Positions 26,700 through 39,834 are shown, counted from the first letter of the whole stretch. The stretch is 60,479 nt of DNA, filler included, from Basidioascus undulatus (GCA_000826855.1; 7 parts of 7 records of this genome joined end to end with filler, not necessarily neighbours in it), one strand, 5' to 3'. Notes: a model not told the origin generated them from the sequence alone. A program made the numbers and translations.

Positions 26700-27369
26700 G
26701 CTTCCAGAGCTGTACCCGTCGCGCTGCCGTCAAGGTCTCGTCAAGCTTCCACCTCGAGGTGCTGCCTTCCAACGGCGCCTTAACAGTGGATCGGGAGACC
26801 GGAAGCGTTACTGCCTTCAGCGTTCTTCGTCTCTTGCAGCGCCTTTCTTCCTCAGCTCCAGTTTAAGTCTCAATGTTTCAGGCCCTCCAGTCGAACATCG
26901 CCAACTTGGAAATCTATGCTTCCTTCGTCCTGCATGGCATCGATCTCCAGACCAGGCTTGTCTACGACGGCTATCAGTGCCTTCTCAACTACCCCATTCT
27001 TGATGAGATTCTCCTGCTCCTGCGCGCTGCCCAGCTTGGACAGCCTGAAGCAGAGCAAAAGGCGCACGTGCTTCGAATGTGGGAGGACAGCCACGGCGCT
27101 GCCGACACGGGTGAACAACTTTTCAGAGGACCAACTGAACGCCACACTCAAATACACCCGCGCGGCCGCCCGCGTTACCTTCTGCGAGGTCTGCGGCAGC
27201 CCGGCCTCATCCATCTGCCAGGCCTGTCGAGGGGCCACATACTGCTCCCGCGCGCACCAGACAGAAGACTGGCCCTCGCACAAGAAGGTACGCTTCCCTG
27301 CAATGAACTACCTTGAATTTGTGTCTCTGACACGGGAGTCCACATTGGTGCAAAGCGCACAGGATTTGA
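26700..27369 (+). pseudogene. zf-MYND family gene, degenerate copy A (5' end approximate)
   Basis: FCEVCGSPASSICQACRGATYCSRAHQTEDWPSHKK|WCKAHRI*; a frameshift precedes the finger and the last acceptor reads CAT (27343-27345) instead of CAG. Confidence 0.7.
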
Positions 27370-28367
27370 GGTTTGCGGGCGGTGGCAGTGAAGCTCAGAA
27401 CGAGCTCGTCGCGTTTGCCATTTGCGTAGCTCGGTGAAAGTCTGTATAGTTTGCTTGTGAAGGGCCGATGGCATGCAGCTAGTAACAAGCTTGCCCGCCG
27501 CATCAGCTGCGAATGTGAGCAGTGGTTGCCGAACGAGCACCGCGCGCAGCCTACCCGAAGCCATTACTGATGAGCACTTGCCTCGAAACGTCAAGCGAAG
27601 ACAATACGCGCCAAGTACAGAGGAGTAACCATCCAGCAGGTTCAATTTCATTGATTACGCCGCCCCGCAGCTCCTTTTGGTTTTCCTCGTTGCGCTGGAT
27701 TTTATCATACCGAGTCGTCCAAAGTTGTCCCAAAGAGCCTCAGCTTAGACAATCATTCCACATCCTACTCTATCACGCCAGGCGACCGATCGACTTCCTT
27801 GTCGGAGGTATAGTTGTGCCTCCTGTCGCGGGTTAAGATCGCCCCACCGACTTGCCAGTTAACCCAGCCCTGTGCACTGCACACTTCGCACGGCACAAAC
27901 AAAGTCCAGACGGCCCGATATGGTCCCAGAGCGGGTATTACATCCACTCGAACAGGTGTATCAATGCGAGGCGACAAGAAGTAACAATGCTAGCAGTGAT
28001 GAGAAGCGAGCTCTAGGGACGGAAACGAGATGAGACAGATGCGGTAGAAAGGTATAGGATAGTTTAGCGTTGTACGTGAGTGAGAAAAGGAGAATAAACA
28101 GGGGATGTGTGGTAGCGATGCGCGATGCGTGCGTGCGTGTAGACGTGGATCGATAAATGTGTGCAGGAGGGGGAAGCCGGCAAGGTAATGAAAAGAATAC
28201 ACGGATAATGAGATTGATCAGACCGCGATGGGCGCGGTTGAGCAGATTGCGATGGGTGCGGGTATGGGCGGTGGGCGCGAAGAAGGCAGCGAGACGACGA
28301 CGATGCCCAGGCGATCTGCGCTCAAGTCTTGCGTTTCGCTATCCCCTCCCCCACATCGCATCAGCAC

Positions 28368-28467
28368 NNNNNNNNNNNNNNNNNNNNNNNNNNNNNNNNN
28401 NNNNNNNNNNNTTAATTAATTAANNNNNNNNNNNNNNNNNNNNNNNNNNNNNNNNNNNNNNNNNNNN
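28368..28467. other. Artificial contig spacer
   Basis: N-run with TTAATTAATTAA. Confidence 0.97.
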
Positions 28468-28590
28468 GCTGGGGACGCTGGGGTCGCTGGGGTCGCTGCA
28501 GCTCTCAAGGCTCTGGCAACGCCAGCACCTATCACCAGTGCCAGCCAACTTCATCTATCCGGACTGTGTTCTGACCTTCTTGCGCCTCAG

Positions 28591-29994
28591 TACCTTCACG
28601 GGAAGTTCTCGCCCTCCTATCGCGCGACTATCGGCGCCGACTGTGCGTACCCGCATGGCGCCCTGAGCGCGCTCTTCGACGCTCACAGAGGCACTTTGCT
28701 TCCTAGTCATTACCAAAAATATCACGCTGTCTGAGACCGAAGTTTCTCTTGCGATCTGGGACACAGCAGGTGCGCCGTATTCGTACAGTGTGCAGCAGGA
28801 GATGGTCAACCTGACAACCTGCGCCACAGGCCAAGAACGCTTCTCCTCCCTCTCCACCGCATTCTTTCGAGGCGCGGACGCGTGCGTGCTCATCCTGCGT
28901 GCGGCACTTACCCTCGCTCATGACCACCTCTGCGCGTTGCAGTTGCATTCTCGTCTTCGACGCGACCTCCCCTTCCTCCCTCGCTTCTCTCCGAAACTGG
29001 TACAAGATGTTCTGCGATATCGCGCCCGTACCCGAAGGCTCCGAGCGTCACTTCTGCTTTGTCGCGGTGGGGAACAAGACGGACAAGCTGTCCTCGCCGG
29101 ACGCGCTCCCAGAGTCCGAAGCGAAGACGCTATTCGACGAACTCATTCCTCCTCTCCCGCCGCCGCCGCCGCCTCCAGCTGCGCCAGCAGAGATACCCAA
29201 GCCGACGGAGAACGGCGAGCCCGTGAACGGAGACGGTTTCGACTTGCCTGGCTCTTCGCCGCTGCCCATTTCGATCGATATCGTGCAGCACCCTCGGAGA
29301 TCACACTCTCGCAACACGTCGCGTGGTAGAATGGCAGGAACGGTTCAGTCCAATTGGACCGGACACTCAATATACGTGAGTTTGAGGACTCTTCTCTTTC
29401 CAGGCTTGTAGACCCACAGATTTGACACTCTGCGTCCCCTTGGATCGTCCAACAGCACACTCCCTCATCGTCCTTCACATCCTCTTTCCGTCCACCCTCT
29501 TTCCTGCCCTCATCCCTCACCAACTTCTCCACCGCGCGCTCCTCTTCCCCCGCTCCCTCCCTCTCCAACGCCACCGACTCGACAGCCCGCGCACCCCGAC
29601 ACAGCCTCGACAACCTCAGCCGCACCGGCAGCCTCCGCGTCCTGCCGGACGACGCGCCTCCGAGCGAGCCCGCGCTGCGCGAGCGCCCAGATGAGGGGTT
29701 CAAGCTGTTTTGGGCATCGGCCAAGACGGGCGAGGGTGTCGGGGGGATCTTCCGGTGCGCGCACGCATATCCCGTTGGGAAGTTGAGGCTAAGCTGACTG
29801 CGGGGTGATCCAGATACGTCGCGGATCGGGTGGTGAAGCGTGCGGAATGGGAAGAGGCACATGGGAACGGGCTGAACGAGCTCGACATGGCTGGTGATGG
29901 GATTGGATACGGCGGCTCGAACACTGTGCGGCTTAGCGAGGGCACGGACAGGGCCAAGCGGCGGAAGGGCTGGAAGGGCGTGTGCTGCTCATGA
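28591..29994 (+). CDS. Rab7-like small GTPase with long internal insertion (5'-truncated)
   Basis: YRATIGADF, IWDTAGQERF, FFRGADA, VGNKTD, ASAKTG, C-terminal CCS prenylation motif. The P-loop exon is not seen and probably lies beyond the contig edge. Confidence 0.88.
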
Positions 29995-30222
29995 TACTTG
30001 TTCTTCGCTATGCGGCGTTCGACTTGCAGCGCTGGGCGGGGCGCCGGCCTTAGGGACGCTGTGTCGTGTGCTTAACTTTCTGGCACCGCCGCCCATTGCT
30101 ACACTGCTTGGATCTCGATCACATCCCCAACTGATCGCTTAGGACCCGTTTAATCATCGACTGTGTAACGTCGTAACGTCGTACCCGTCAACTTCCATGA
30201 TACTCACGTCCAGTAACCCTCG

Positions 30223-30709
30223 TCACGTCTGCGGCCTCGACCAGCCCCTCACATCCTTCGGGTCCTTGTCCAAAATGTCAGTGGGTGGCGGGTCCTTGCT
30301 CGTCGCCGTCGGTCTCGTTGCGGGGCTGTAGGGCGCCGAACGCCCGACGAGCTTCATCTCGGCGTTCTGACGATTGCGATGGTTGACCGCGTAGAGCATG
30401 AGGCCCTACGATCGGCAGAGCTGTCGGTTTAGCTGAGGGCCCCTCAATCGGGCGATCCGAGGGAGATGGACAGGCTCACCGCGGCTCCGACAGCAAGCGC
30501 TGCCCAGGCCAAAGGGTTCACGTCCATCTGTCGAGGTTCTTGGCCTGTGGCATACGACCGCGGATGGATGGTCTGCTGGTCAAGCGATGGCGCAGCTTCG
30601 ATCAGTGCGCGCCTTCAGAAGGCAGAACGCGTCGTCGACGCACCCGACGGCGTACTAACAGACCGCGCACCGCAGAGCGGGACGCAAGCTTTTGGGGTCC
30701 TCTTAGCAT
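30223..30709 (-). CDS. Small predicted mitochondrial single-pass membrane protein (3 exons, ~110 aa)
   Basis: MLRGPQKLASRSAVRGLLVRRR|QTIHPRSYATGQEPRQMDVNPLAWAALAVGAA|GLMLYAVNHRNRQNAEMK...SRPQT*; two phase-0 GT-AG introns keep the frame open. Confidence 0.6.
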
Positions 30710-31807
30710 TTCTAAACTATTTTCAGTGAGATGATAGTGTGGAAGTTGACAAGATGGGATGGGTTGATGTGCAGAGCGCGCAGCCGCTCGCAGCCCCTTC
30801 GCCGCGCTGTGGCAGTTGACGAATGCATGGCGCAACCGCAAGAAGCTTACCTCTAGGCAGGCACCGTCTCGAAATCGCCAGCCGTTAAATGAACACATTC
30901 CATCACCTCTCCTATGATCAAGGATGGGATGACATGTGAGATTTGTGGTTGTGGCTGCGCTAGAGGGAATGGCCCCGACTCTAAAGATGGCTCAGCGGGC
31001 TGTCCGAATACTCATTCAGAATATCAACCACATTCTAATGTTCTGATAAGTAAGGATTGACGTGAATTTTCCAAGGTTCTGCAACGCCGAAGACCCAGCA
31101 AACCCAGCACCTTGTCAAGAGGCAGAACTGCGGCGGCGCAGCATGAAGGGCGAGAGATCCGAAGCTCTCCCTGATCTGATACCCGGTATGGCCTTCGTGA
31201 AAGGCCCCAAGACCTGTTCGGTTGTTGCTTCTGAGGATGACTTTATTACATTTGGCGCAGTAGGAAGTTACGCGAGGACGCAATGATTCCGCCAGCTATT
31301 CAAAGCCTTCGAGACGCCGATGACATGTGCTGACCCTGAATCCGTTATGGGAGGACTCAGCGGAAGTAGAATGCAACATAAGCTTGCACTGTGCGCACTG
31401 CGCTGTACCTGCGACCGTAACGGCCGCACTGCCCCAATACACGTCCAAGGCACCCATAAGAACGCGACACAAACGTACACCCTGACCTAGCTGCTGGTGC
31501 CATCAGCGGGACACACGGGCGTGGAAGGCCAGAGAGGACTGAGCAGGCCCGTAGGGCGTAAAGCACCTGGACAAGGCACCCAGAACGTCCTGCAGCGAGT
31601 CACTCGAGGAACTGGGTAAACCTGAGGAACTGGAACCCTAGTAGAAAACTTGTACCTCTTTAGACTGTCCGCTTTAAGTTAGTGGAGTCCCCGTGAGAGC
31701 GAAGGTGTGGGACGAGGCGTGAAAGGGTGGTGACAGGATGAGTCGACGACAGACAGCAGCCGGTATCATCCGGAGAACACACTGGCAAGGAGATATGACA
31801 AATAATC

Positions 31808-32727
31808 CTAAACTTCGTCAGGTGCCTTGAGAAAATCGACGGGCGGGCTTGCGTCGAAGCGAAGGGAGAGGATCGGCGGGAAGAGAGCTCCGTAGAGCAT
31901 AGTGCGCGGTGACGAGTCGAAGCTCCGTAGAGCTGAGGGTTTGGGTGGCGACCTGAAGGGGAGTAATTTTTGAGGACATGAGGTGGAGGTGATGGTAAAA
32001 GAGTGAGAGCCACGAGCGAGGGCTTCCGGAAAGGGGCGTGCGGAAGCGGATGTCCATCGCGGTTCGCCGCGCGTACAGGTCCGGGCAGGCACGCACCTCC
32101 ACCCCCAGAGCGCCGCCGCGTGGTCGTTACGCCCCGCGGGTGAGGAGGGAGTGGTAGTGGAGGAGAGCCTTCCGGTGCAGAGGGAGCGGCTAAGTAAGCG
32201 TGGGTGAAGAGGTTGGCCTAGCCAGAGCCGATGGAAGGGTGAACGACGCACGATGCAGCTGCGGCCTCCATCACGACGCTGTTGGTCTCCTCGCTCCCTG
32301 CGCCGCCAGAGAGCTCGCTCCTCCTCGAGGCGGTCCATCGCTGTGCGCGTCTGCTCGAGGAGCACCTGAAGCTAACGCTGGCCCGACATCCCGCGCGCTG
32401 AGCGCGTCGGCCTGGCGCTGCGCGAGGCGCGCGGTCATTGCGAGGACGAGTGCCAAGGAAAGCGTGTATGTAGTGCTCCTCACGCAGCGTCGAGCCCTGC
32501 TGGCGGCGGAGGGAGAGGAGAGGATGGTGCGGGTCCGGCTTCCAGCTGCAACTGAACACACCAGCGCCTCCACTCCTGTGTCCGGCATCCGATGGGGATG
32601 GTGGATGGTGGATGGAAGCAGAGAAGCGCACCTGGTTCTGCTCAAGGCGGTCAACCCGCCCGTCGCGCTCGCGCTTGGCCGTCTCGAACGCGAGGTGCTT
32701 GCGCTCGAAGGAAAACGATTCCGACAT
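31808..32727 (-). CDS. Hypothetical gene or pseudogene
   Basis: MSESFSFERKHLAFETAKRERDGRVDRLEQNQ followed by a GTGCGC donor; coiled-coil-like LEQTRTAMDRLEEER; no consistent model recovered. Confidence 0.3.
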
Positions 32728-33201
32728 GGACCTGGCGCTTGGCGGACTGGATGCCGGGATCTGTGTGTGTGGGGGGGGGGTTTCAATTGGAAAGCTGGGG
32801 GCGATGGGAGTGGGAGGACGGACTTCCTGAGCTTGCTGAGCGCTTGCGCGTGGAAGGGGGCACGAAGGACGAGGGTGCTGGTGCTGCGCCGGTGGTGGAT
32901 GCTGGGTTTGCGCGGCGAGGCGGGTGGGCGTGGGGCGCGAGGATAGTGTTTGAGCGATTGAGCGAGGCGAAGGCACGCGAGGCCTCAATAAGGCTCTGGA
33001 GCGATTTGGATCGAAATGAGAAAGTGATGTAGGGGAGTGAGCGACAGCAAGGTCGTCAGAGGAAGCTCGAGTCCCGCGACCGCATCCCATCCAAGCAGTC
33101 GCCTCCCCATCTCAGGAAACTTCATGCTCATGCAACATAGCATCAACCCGCGCCCCTCATCCCAAACAGCCTGTTATCCCCTTGCTGCTCCTTTTGCCCC
33201 A

Positions 33202-34056
33202 TCATCCCTTAACAAGCCCAGCAACCACCCCCGCCAACCCAACAACGCCGACAGCGAGCGCCAAGTCGTCCGCCAAATCCCCAGCAATGCCCCAGTACCG
33301 GAGCGCGGTGCCTGCGCGCCGCGCAAGGTCGGGCGGGAGGAGCTGTGTGAGGGGCTGGAGCGCTTGGGGGAGGATGGAGGCGAGCGAGGGGATGGAGGAG
33401 CGGGGGGAGTGGAGGAGGGACTGGAGAAGGAGAGCGGTGGCGTGCAGGAGGAGGAGGAGGGAGAATAGTGGCTGGGGCGGCGGGATGGGGCGGGGAAGGC
33501 AAGGGATGGGTTAGTGGGAGTCAGGGAAAGGGAGGGGAGGGGGAAGGAGGGACCCACGAAAGGCTTCACCCAGTCCTCCGTCCTTGCGCCCAGCGCACGC
33601 GGGTCTTCCCACGCCAGGCGGGCCCAGCGGTCCGCCCACCCACGCGGTGCTCCTGCCGTCGACCAGAGCACGACGGCGCCCACGCTGAGCGCGAGGACGC
33701 CGAAGAAGCGGAGCGTGGGAAAGAGGAGGTCCTTCTTCTTCTCCTGCTCCGGCTTCGGGCCCGCTTGCTCCGTCTCTCCCCCAGTGCCAGGGGCTTGCGA
33801 AAAGTCGGGGAAGGGCGAGCCGGACTGTCCGAAGAGCGCTGCGAGTGGGTCGGCGGAGGGGGAGGTGAGGCCGGGTGTGGAGGAAGGCGTGAGCGAGCGG
33901 AGGAACGCCTCGCGCTCTTTTTGGAGCTCGAGTGAGGCGAGGTCGATCTCTTCTGGGTCGTGGTCGTCGGGCCTTGGCACCACCGCCGTGGAACTGGAGG
34001 AGGAGGGGGTGATAGGGGGGGAGGGGACGGCTGCTCGTCGGAATTAGTCATTAGTA
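33202..34056 (-). CDS. GET2: GET2/CAMLG-like ER membrane insertase subunit (5'-truncated)
   Basis: DHDPEEIDL motif, DPLAALFG linker, then three hydrophobic segments ending GDLADDLALAVGVVGLAGVVAGLVKG*. The basic N-terminal motif is missing at the contig edge. Confidence 0.6.
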
Positions 34057-34156
34057 NNNNNNNNNNNNNNNNNNNNNNNNNNNNNNNNNNNNNNNNNNNN
34101 TTAATTAATTAANNNNNNNNNNNNNNNNNNNNNNNNNNNNNNNNNNNNNNNNNNNN
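34057..34156. other. Artificial contig spacer
   Basis: N-run with TTAATTAATTAA. Confidence 0.97.
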
Positions 34157-36042
34157 GGTGAGGTCACGGAGGACGCACCGGCGCAGGAGACGGGTGCTGC
34201 ATCGACACCGGCGGAGGGCGGCCATGGCGAGCAGGGTCAGCGCAAGGCAACGACGTCTACCGTGTCGTCCACGCTCAGGGACGACGAACCGCGCCCGTCC
34301 CGCGCCGCCGAGGCGCCCAAAACCAAGACCGACGCCGCCGCCGCCCCCGCTGCTACCACGTCCTCTCCCTCCGATGAGCCCACGAAACAGGCAACGCTCG
34401 CGCCCGCTGCTGAGGCGGACAGGGCGTCGTCCAAGCCGTCGAGCCGCGCACAGTCCCTGTCGCGTCGATTGTCGCGTCGGCGGTCCGAGAAGAAGGGCGC
34501 GCCCGCGGCGGCTGCAGGTACAGAGGGGTCTGCCAACGGGACGGCTGGGGCAGGGGCGAAGAAGAAGCGTGGGTTGTGGGGTTCGCTCGTCGCGGTCATC
34601 CTCCCCTGCGTGTCCGACGGCAAGCGCCCCGCACACGACAACTCCCCGACCAAGCCCACGACCCCGTCCGCTACATCCACCTCCGTGGCCGCCACGACCT
34701 CGCCGGACGCCCCGTCAACGACCGAGGTCGAGCGCGCGTCAACCAAGAACGTCGACGCGCCGTCCACCTCCGAAAAGGCGCCGCAAACCGTCACTGCCGT
34801 CCCTTCGATCGTCACCACCACCGCACCGTACGGCCCGTCTCCGACCGCCGCAACCTCAGGCGAGGAGGGTCTCCCTCCGACCCCTATCATCCCTCCCACC
34901 GGCGTCGAGCTGCCCATTTCTGATACCGCAGGCGTCACATCTGGTGCAGTCGTCCCGCCCGGGAAGGAGACGCTAACCGCCCCGCCGACGCCGTCGCGAG
35001 GGCAGGAGTCCGAGTCGGAGGACGTGAGCGGGAGCGAGGAGGAGGAGGAGTACGAGGAAGAGGAGGATGAGGAGGACGCGTTCGCCGCTGAGGAAGAACG
35101 AATCATTGCGCAGGGTGGGATGGGCATTCCCCTTGACGAGGTGCGTTTCCCGTTGACGCCTGGAACATAGCGTAGGTTGACGGAGTGTGAAATGTGTAGC
35201 ACGGACAACCTCGGCCGCTGCTTCCGCCGTATTACGAGCAGGACAACGGACGGAAATGTCTCGTACTCGACCTGGACGAGACGCTTGTGCACAGTAGCTT
35301 CAAGGTATGTCGGTGTCCCTCGGTCCCTCTGCATCCGCCCCTCGGCTTCGCTCACACAGCCTTTTCTCGCCTGCCCACAGCTCATCCAGCAGGCGGACTA
35401 CGTCGTGCCCGTCGAGATTGAATCGCAACAACACAACGTCTACGTGATCAAGCGACCGGGCGTCGATGCGTTCCTGAAGCGCATGGGCGAGCTGTACGAG
35501 GTGGTTGTGTTCACCGCGTCTCTGTCTAAGGTACGTTGCGCCGCGATACCTTCGGACACCATCCACCCGCCCCGTGTCTGATGTGTTGTTCGTATCGCAT
35601 AGTACGCGGACCCCGTGCTAGACATGCTCGACGTCCACCGCGTCGTGAGGCATCGACTGTTCCGCGAGAGCTGCTACAACCACAAGGGCAACTATGTGAA
35701 GGTGCGCACTTCGCGAGAGTCCCGCGTCGGTCCCGTATCGCTCACGCGGGGTTCGTTCTATAGGATCTGTCCCAGCTCGGCCGCCCCATAAGCGAGGTCA
35801 TCATCATCGACAACTCGCCCGCGTCCTACGTCTTCCACCCCAACAACGCCGTCCCCGTCTCGTCCTGGTTCAACGTGAGCCCACTCCTCCTTCCTCTTGC
35901 CGGGTAATCCTCGGCTGACAAGGCTACGCAACTTTCCTAGGATCCGCACGACACGGAGTTGACGGACCTCTGCCCGTTCCTGGCCGACCTGACCGAGGTC
36001 GAGGACGTGCGAGGCGTGCTCGACGGCAGCCTGCTTCACTAG
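34157..36042 (+). CDS. PSR1: NIF/SCP HAD phosphatase, PSR1/PSR2-like (probably 5'-truncated)
   Basis: [68 protein letters not shown]; long low-complexity N-terminus. Confidence 0.92.
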
Positions 36043-36385
36043 TTGTCGTGCTTCTCCGCCCCTATCCCTTCTTCCCTATCCAACCCGTTACCTACACACC
36101 CCTATCTTACCTCCCGTCTGCGCCGCTCTCCGGAATCGGAGTCTGCCCCATGCTATTTGCCCACCTGACCCCTTCCCTTCCGTCCCCCTTCGCACTCGCC
36201 CAGCGCGTCCTTCAATCATTTACTCGCCAGCCCGCTGAACTCATTCCTCCTCTATCATCTCATTACTGCTCCCGATTCACCTGCACCTTAGCCTTCGACG
36301 CCCGTTGACCGCGCCCCCTTCACTTACCCTAAACCCCTACTCCCAGCCGTCGCTCGCGCCCATTTCCCTGCTTCCTTCTTCCTCC

Positions 36386-36411
36386 CACACACACACACAC
36401 ACACACACACA
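36386..36411 (+). repeat. (CA)13 microsatellite
   Basis: Read directly, downstream of the PSR1-like gene. Confidence 0.95.
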
Positions 36412-38667
36412 CCGAGAGAGAAAGAGACAGACTTATGTCAGACTGCGCCCAAGGCATTGATACCCCTACCTCACATAACCGCCGCGCATGCTGTCGCCGT
36501 CCGTTGTCACATTTTCATTTGTTCCTCCTTCAATCCACTCCCCCCTTCGACAGTGCTGTCCCCCTTTGAATTCGCTCTTGCTGCCTGCACACGCATCTTC
36601 ATTACATGATACACGCGCTGCTGCTGCCCGGCCCCAGCTCGGTGATTGCGGGCTTGACTGCGTGATTCGCCGCGGTGTTAGCTGCCTACAGCTGTCGCCA
36701 TGTACTTCACGCTTAGTAGAACTCGCTAATCGTCTTGGGCCCCAACTGTCGTCGCTGTACCCCGACTTAGTTTTCGCAGGTCACAGCCCGTACGCATGAC
36801 AGAAAGGAGAGTACGGTCCGGCCGCCAGCGTGTGTATGAGTTAGTGCGGTGGACAAGAGCGAGGTCAAAGAACATGAAAGGGGTGAAAAGTTGCGAAGGG
36901 CTGCGTGTGTGCGTGCAAAGCGTAAACGGTTTAGAAACAGTCCGAGCGAAATGTTGCGCGGATTGCAGGTGCAGGTGGGCATTTTGCGACGGGGAGTGAT
37001 GCGAACGTGATGCGAACGACTGAGAAAAGAAGGGAACCGTCTTGAGTATGACAGAGAAATCAAACCTAGTCAAGAACGTTGTCAAGTGCCGCGTCCGAAA
37101 CTGGCAATCAAGAAAGCGGCCGAAAGAGGGGAGAGGCCACCGTCGCTGTCAACTTCCGACGACGACGAGCGCTCCATGTCGAGCGCAGCAGGACGTGTAT
37201 GGGCGCGTTTTCATCCTTGCGAACGACCGTGGCGAGATGGTCGGAGGGGTTGACGGTGCGGACGGAGAAAGAGGCGGCGGACGGCGAGGGCGAGTCGGAT
37301 AGCGTCTTGATTGGGACGAGTTTGCGCAGGGGCGGGGAAGGCCCGTTGGGGATGTTCCTGTGCGAGACGGAGAAGAGGGAGGACGCGAGCTCGACGGCGT
37401 GTCGTTGAAGAAGAACGGGCTCGACGGGGAGGGCGACCCGCTCGTCGTCGACAGCGTCAGGCGCTCAGGTAGTCGTCGAACCCATCGACCTGATCCTCAT
37501 CCGACCAGTCGCCGCGGTCATACTGCCCCCGACCTCGACGCTCGGGATCGGACACCAGGAGACCGTTCGAATCCGCCTGTCCTTCGACTGCATTAACAAA
37601 GTTCAGGGAGAAGCGGTGTACTGGAGCATAGAGACATCCCCTAGTTGAGTGGAACGAGCCCAACCAAGCCGAACCTCTGAGGCTACATACAGGTGTATTT
37701 GCCGGGTGAGAGTCGAGATGCCGCTTGAAAGCTGAACAGGGCGGCTGCATCCATCGAGGTGGCCAGTTTCCGCCGGAACAATGCCCATCATTTCGTAGTA
37801 GCTCGTCTCATGGAGCCTCACCAACTGAGAGTCTTTGGAAGATTGTTTTTCCATCCTTGTTCATCTTGGCAACAGCCTTGAGGCTACGCGAAAAATTTTG
37901 AAATCATCCAAGCATCAACCTCTTCTAAACGTATTGGCTTCCGGGTATTGATCAATGCTTTCTGTCATTACCTCTGATCATATATCCTGAGTCTACCTAT
38001 GACCAAATTTAGAAGGGATAGTAAGCAGGGATCTCACCGAGGTGGCTTATCCCAGGCCCGTTTCGACCTGCTCACCGGCCGCTCGCCACACTATGTCACC
38101 CTTGCCCATCTCCATCAACCATGCCAACTAAAGCTTTCAGATCTGGGGCCTCCACCAGCACGTCTTCATGAACGACAGACCAGACTTGTCAGCATTTGTC
38201 CCAAGAAGCTGACGCTCCACGGTGAACCCGGGAGATTCTACACACTCTTAAGAAGGTCTAAACGAATCCAAAGGCTGGAAAGATTCAAGGTTCTATCACT
38301 GTCCACTTTTCATCCACTTTCCCAGGGGCCATCTCCGCGGCGCTCACAGTCCCGCGACAGCACGCAGCCGGCGTTTCTCGAAAGCAACGCGGAAAATCAT
38401 GTTGCTCTTCACGTAAGAACGCTTACTTTCTGGATAGTTTTTAGGGGGTTTCTCTGTGCATCCGTAGCTGCAAATGCGAGGGCGTGCTGGAGAGCGCTTT
38501 CCTTCCCTTTGAACAGAGTGTACTTGTTCTATACAGAAGACGCCCTCGACCCCAGGAACAGTATACAGCTCTTCAATAAGTGCGGTGCCATAACACTGTG
38601 AACAACGTCTCCACCCCCCATTTTCCACGTTCAGACAGCAAAAGCCACAACCCCTCCCCGGGCCGCC

Positions 38668-39777
38668 TCACGGCAAGCGGTGCGCCTTGCACCACTGCAG
38701 CCTAGGCCCATGGTCAGTAAGGAAGCTTACCAAGACAAAAGTCCCTTAAGGAAGGATGCTGCTGCACACGCACCTCCTTGTGCCTCGGCCACTCCTGGCG
38801 CTGGTGCGTCGCCCGAGCAGTACGCCGCGCCTTTGCACGCAGTGCACATCGAGCTAGACCGGACGTCGCAGGTTTCGCACCATGGCTTTCCCAACTCCAC
38901 CACGTCCTCAACTTCACCGCAAATGTTTTCGATTACAGAGCTCTCCTCGTACTTGTCACTGAGGTGTCGGCTATTGTCGACCAGGAGCTTACGACGCACC
39001 GAGCGCGGTTCGCCAAGGCGAGCACTGCGCAGTACGAGACGAGTGAGGGAGTTAGAGATAGGAGGTGGCGTTAGGCCGCCATGAATTGAATCCAAGTTTT
39101 AGGTACCTCGCCATCAAGAAGCCCGGAGAACCGAGAGTATAGCACTCCGAAGATTGCGTTATAGCGATCGATGTAGGGTCGCTGCCCTTCAGGTTAAGGA
39201 ATTGAACGATGTGGACAGGATGCTTTGGCCGAAGAAGGCTACTGGTGCCGTACTTTTCAACAACCAGAGCATCGTTGCTGGAGAGTGTGGCCTGTCGGCC
39301 GACCTCGACGATGAGCGGAGCACGTCCTCCAGCGGCGGCTTTCAAGCAAGCGACGACTCCACGGCGGATCGCCGAAAGTCTCTCGGCAAGTTCATCCTGC
39401 TTCTGCTTGGTCCACTCGGGTGGTTGTACCCCAAGAAAAATAACTTCCGGCCCATCGCTCGCGCCGCAGACGGGGGCGACAACAGCACCGAGGTCGAACA
39501 TGCCTGCGATGGCCGCCTGCCGTATCAAGAGCGTGCGATCAAGAAAGTGAATGATGATGACCAGTTCGTCGAACCTGAAACTCGTCGCTCAAAAGCTTGG
39601 TGATTTTGCTCTGGGAGTCGAACATGCCAGCACCGAACATCGTAACGCCCAAGCCGTCAGGGATGGAGAACTGGAGGCGCTCCGTCGAGCCGGCCGACGG
39701 CGACGTTCCGTCCCGAAAACGCGCCTGAATCCGGGAGTCCTTCTCGGTAATGATCTCGTGCGGAATTGCAGAGGCAT
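38668..39777 (-). pseudogene. zf-MYND family gene, degenerate copy B
   Basis: MPLQF...GAGMFDSQ...FLDRTLLIR...LGEP...WCETCDVRSSSMCTACKGAAYCS(+1 G)ATHQRQEWPRHKE|WCKAHRLP*; several frameshifts. Confidence 0.75.
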
Positions 39778-39834
39778 TTCGAGTGAGTCTGAGAGGAAGG
39801 TTGATGCTATAGGGCGGAGGGTGATGGTACGGAA

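Noticed and set aside
13532..27369. Apparent metabolic cluster (hydrolase, epimerase, chitin synthase, glycosyltransferase)
   Set aside because: The genes lie on three different contigs joined artificially, and there is no backbone enzyme.
5619..34156. Six TTAATTAATTAA palindromes spaced ~5.7 kb apart
   Set aside because: Each is centred in an identical 100-nt N block. They are artificial contig linkers, and the periodicity only reflects similar contig lengths.
34158..35385. Long Arg-rich alternative-frame and antisense ORFs (272 aa, 382 aa) and many similar ORFs in the track
   Set aside because: They are shadow ORFs of GC-rich exons of real genes, here the PSR1-like gene.
37100..38630. Several 80-200 aa ORFs between PSR1 and the MYND copies
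   Set aside because: No recognisable motif or coherent splice model could be built.
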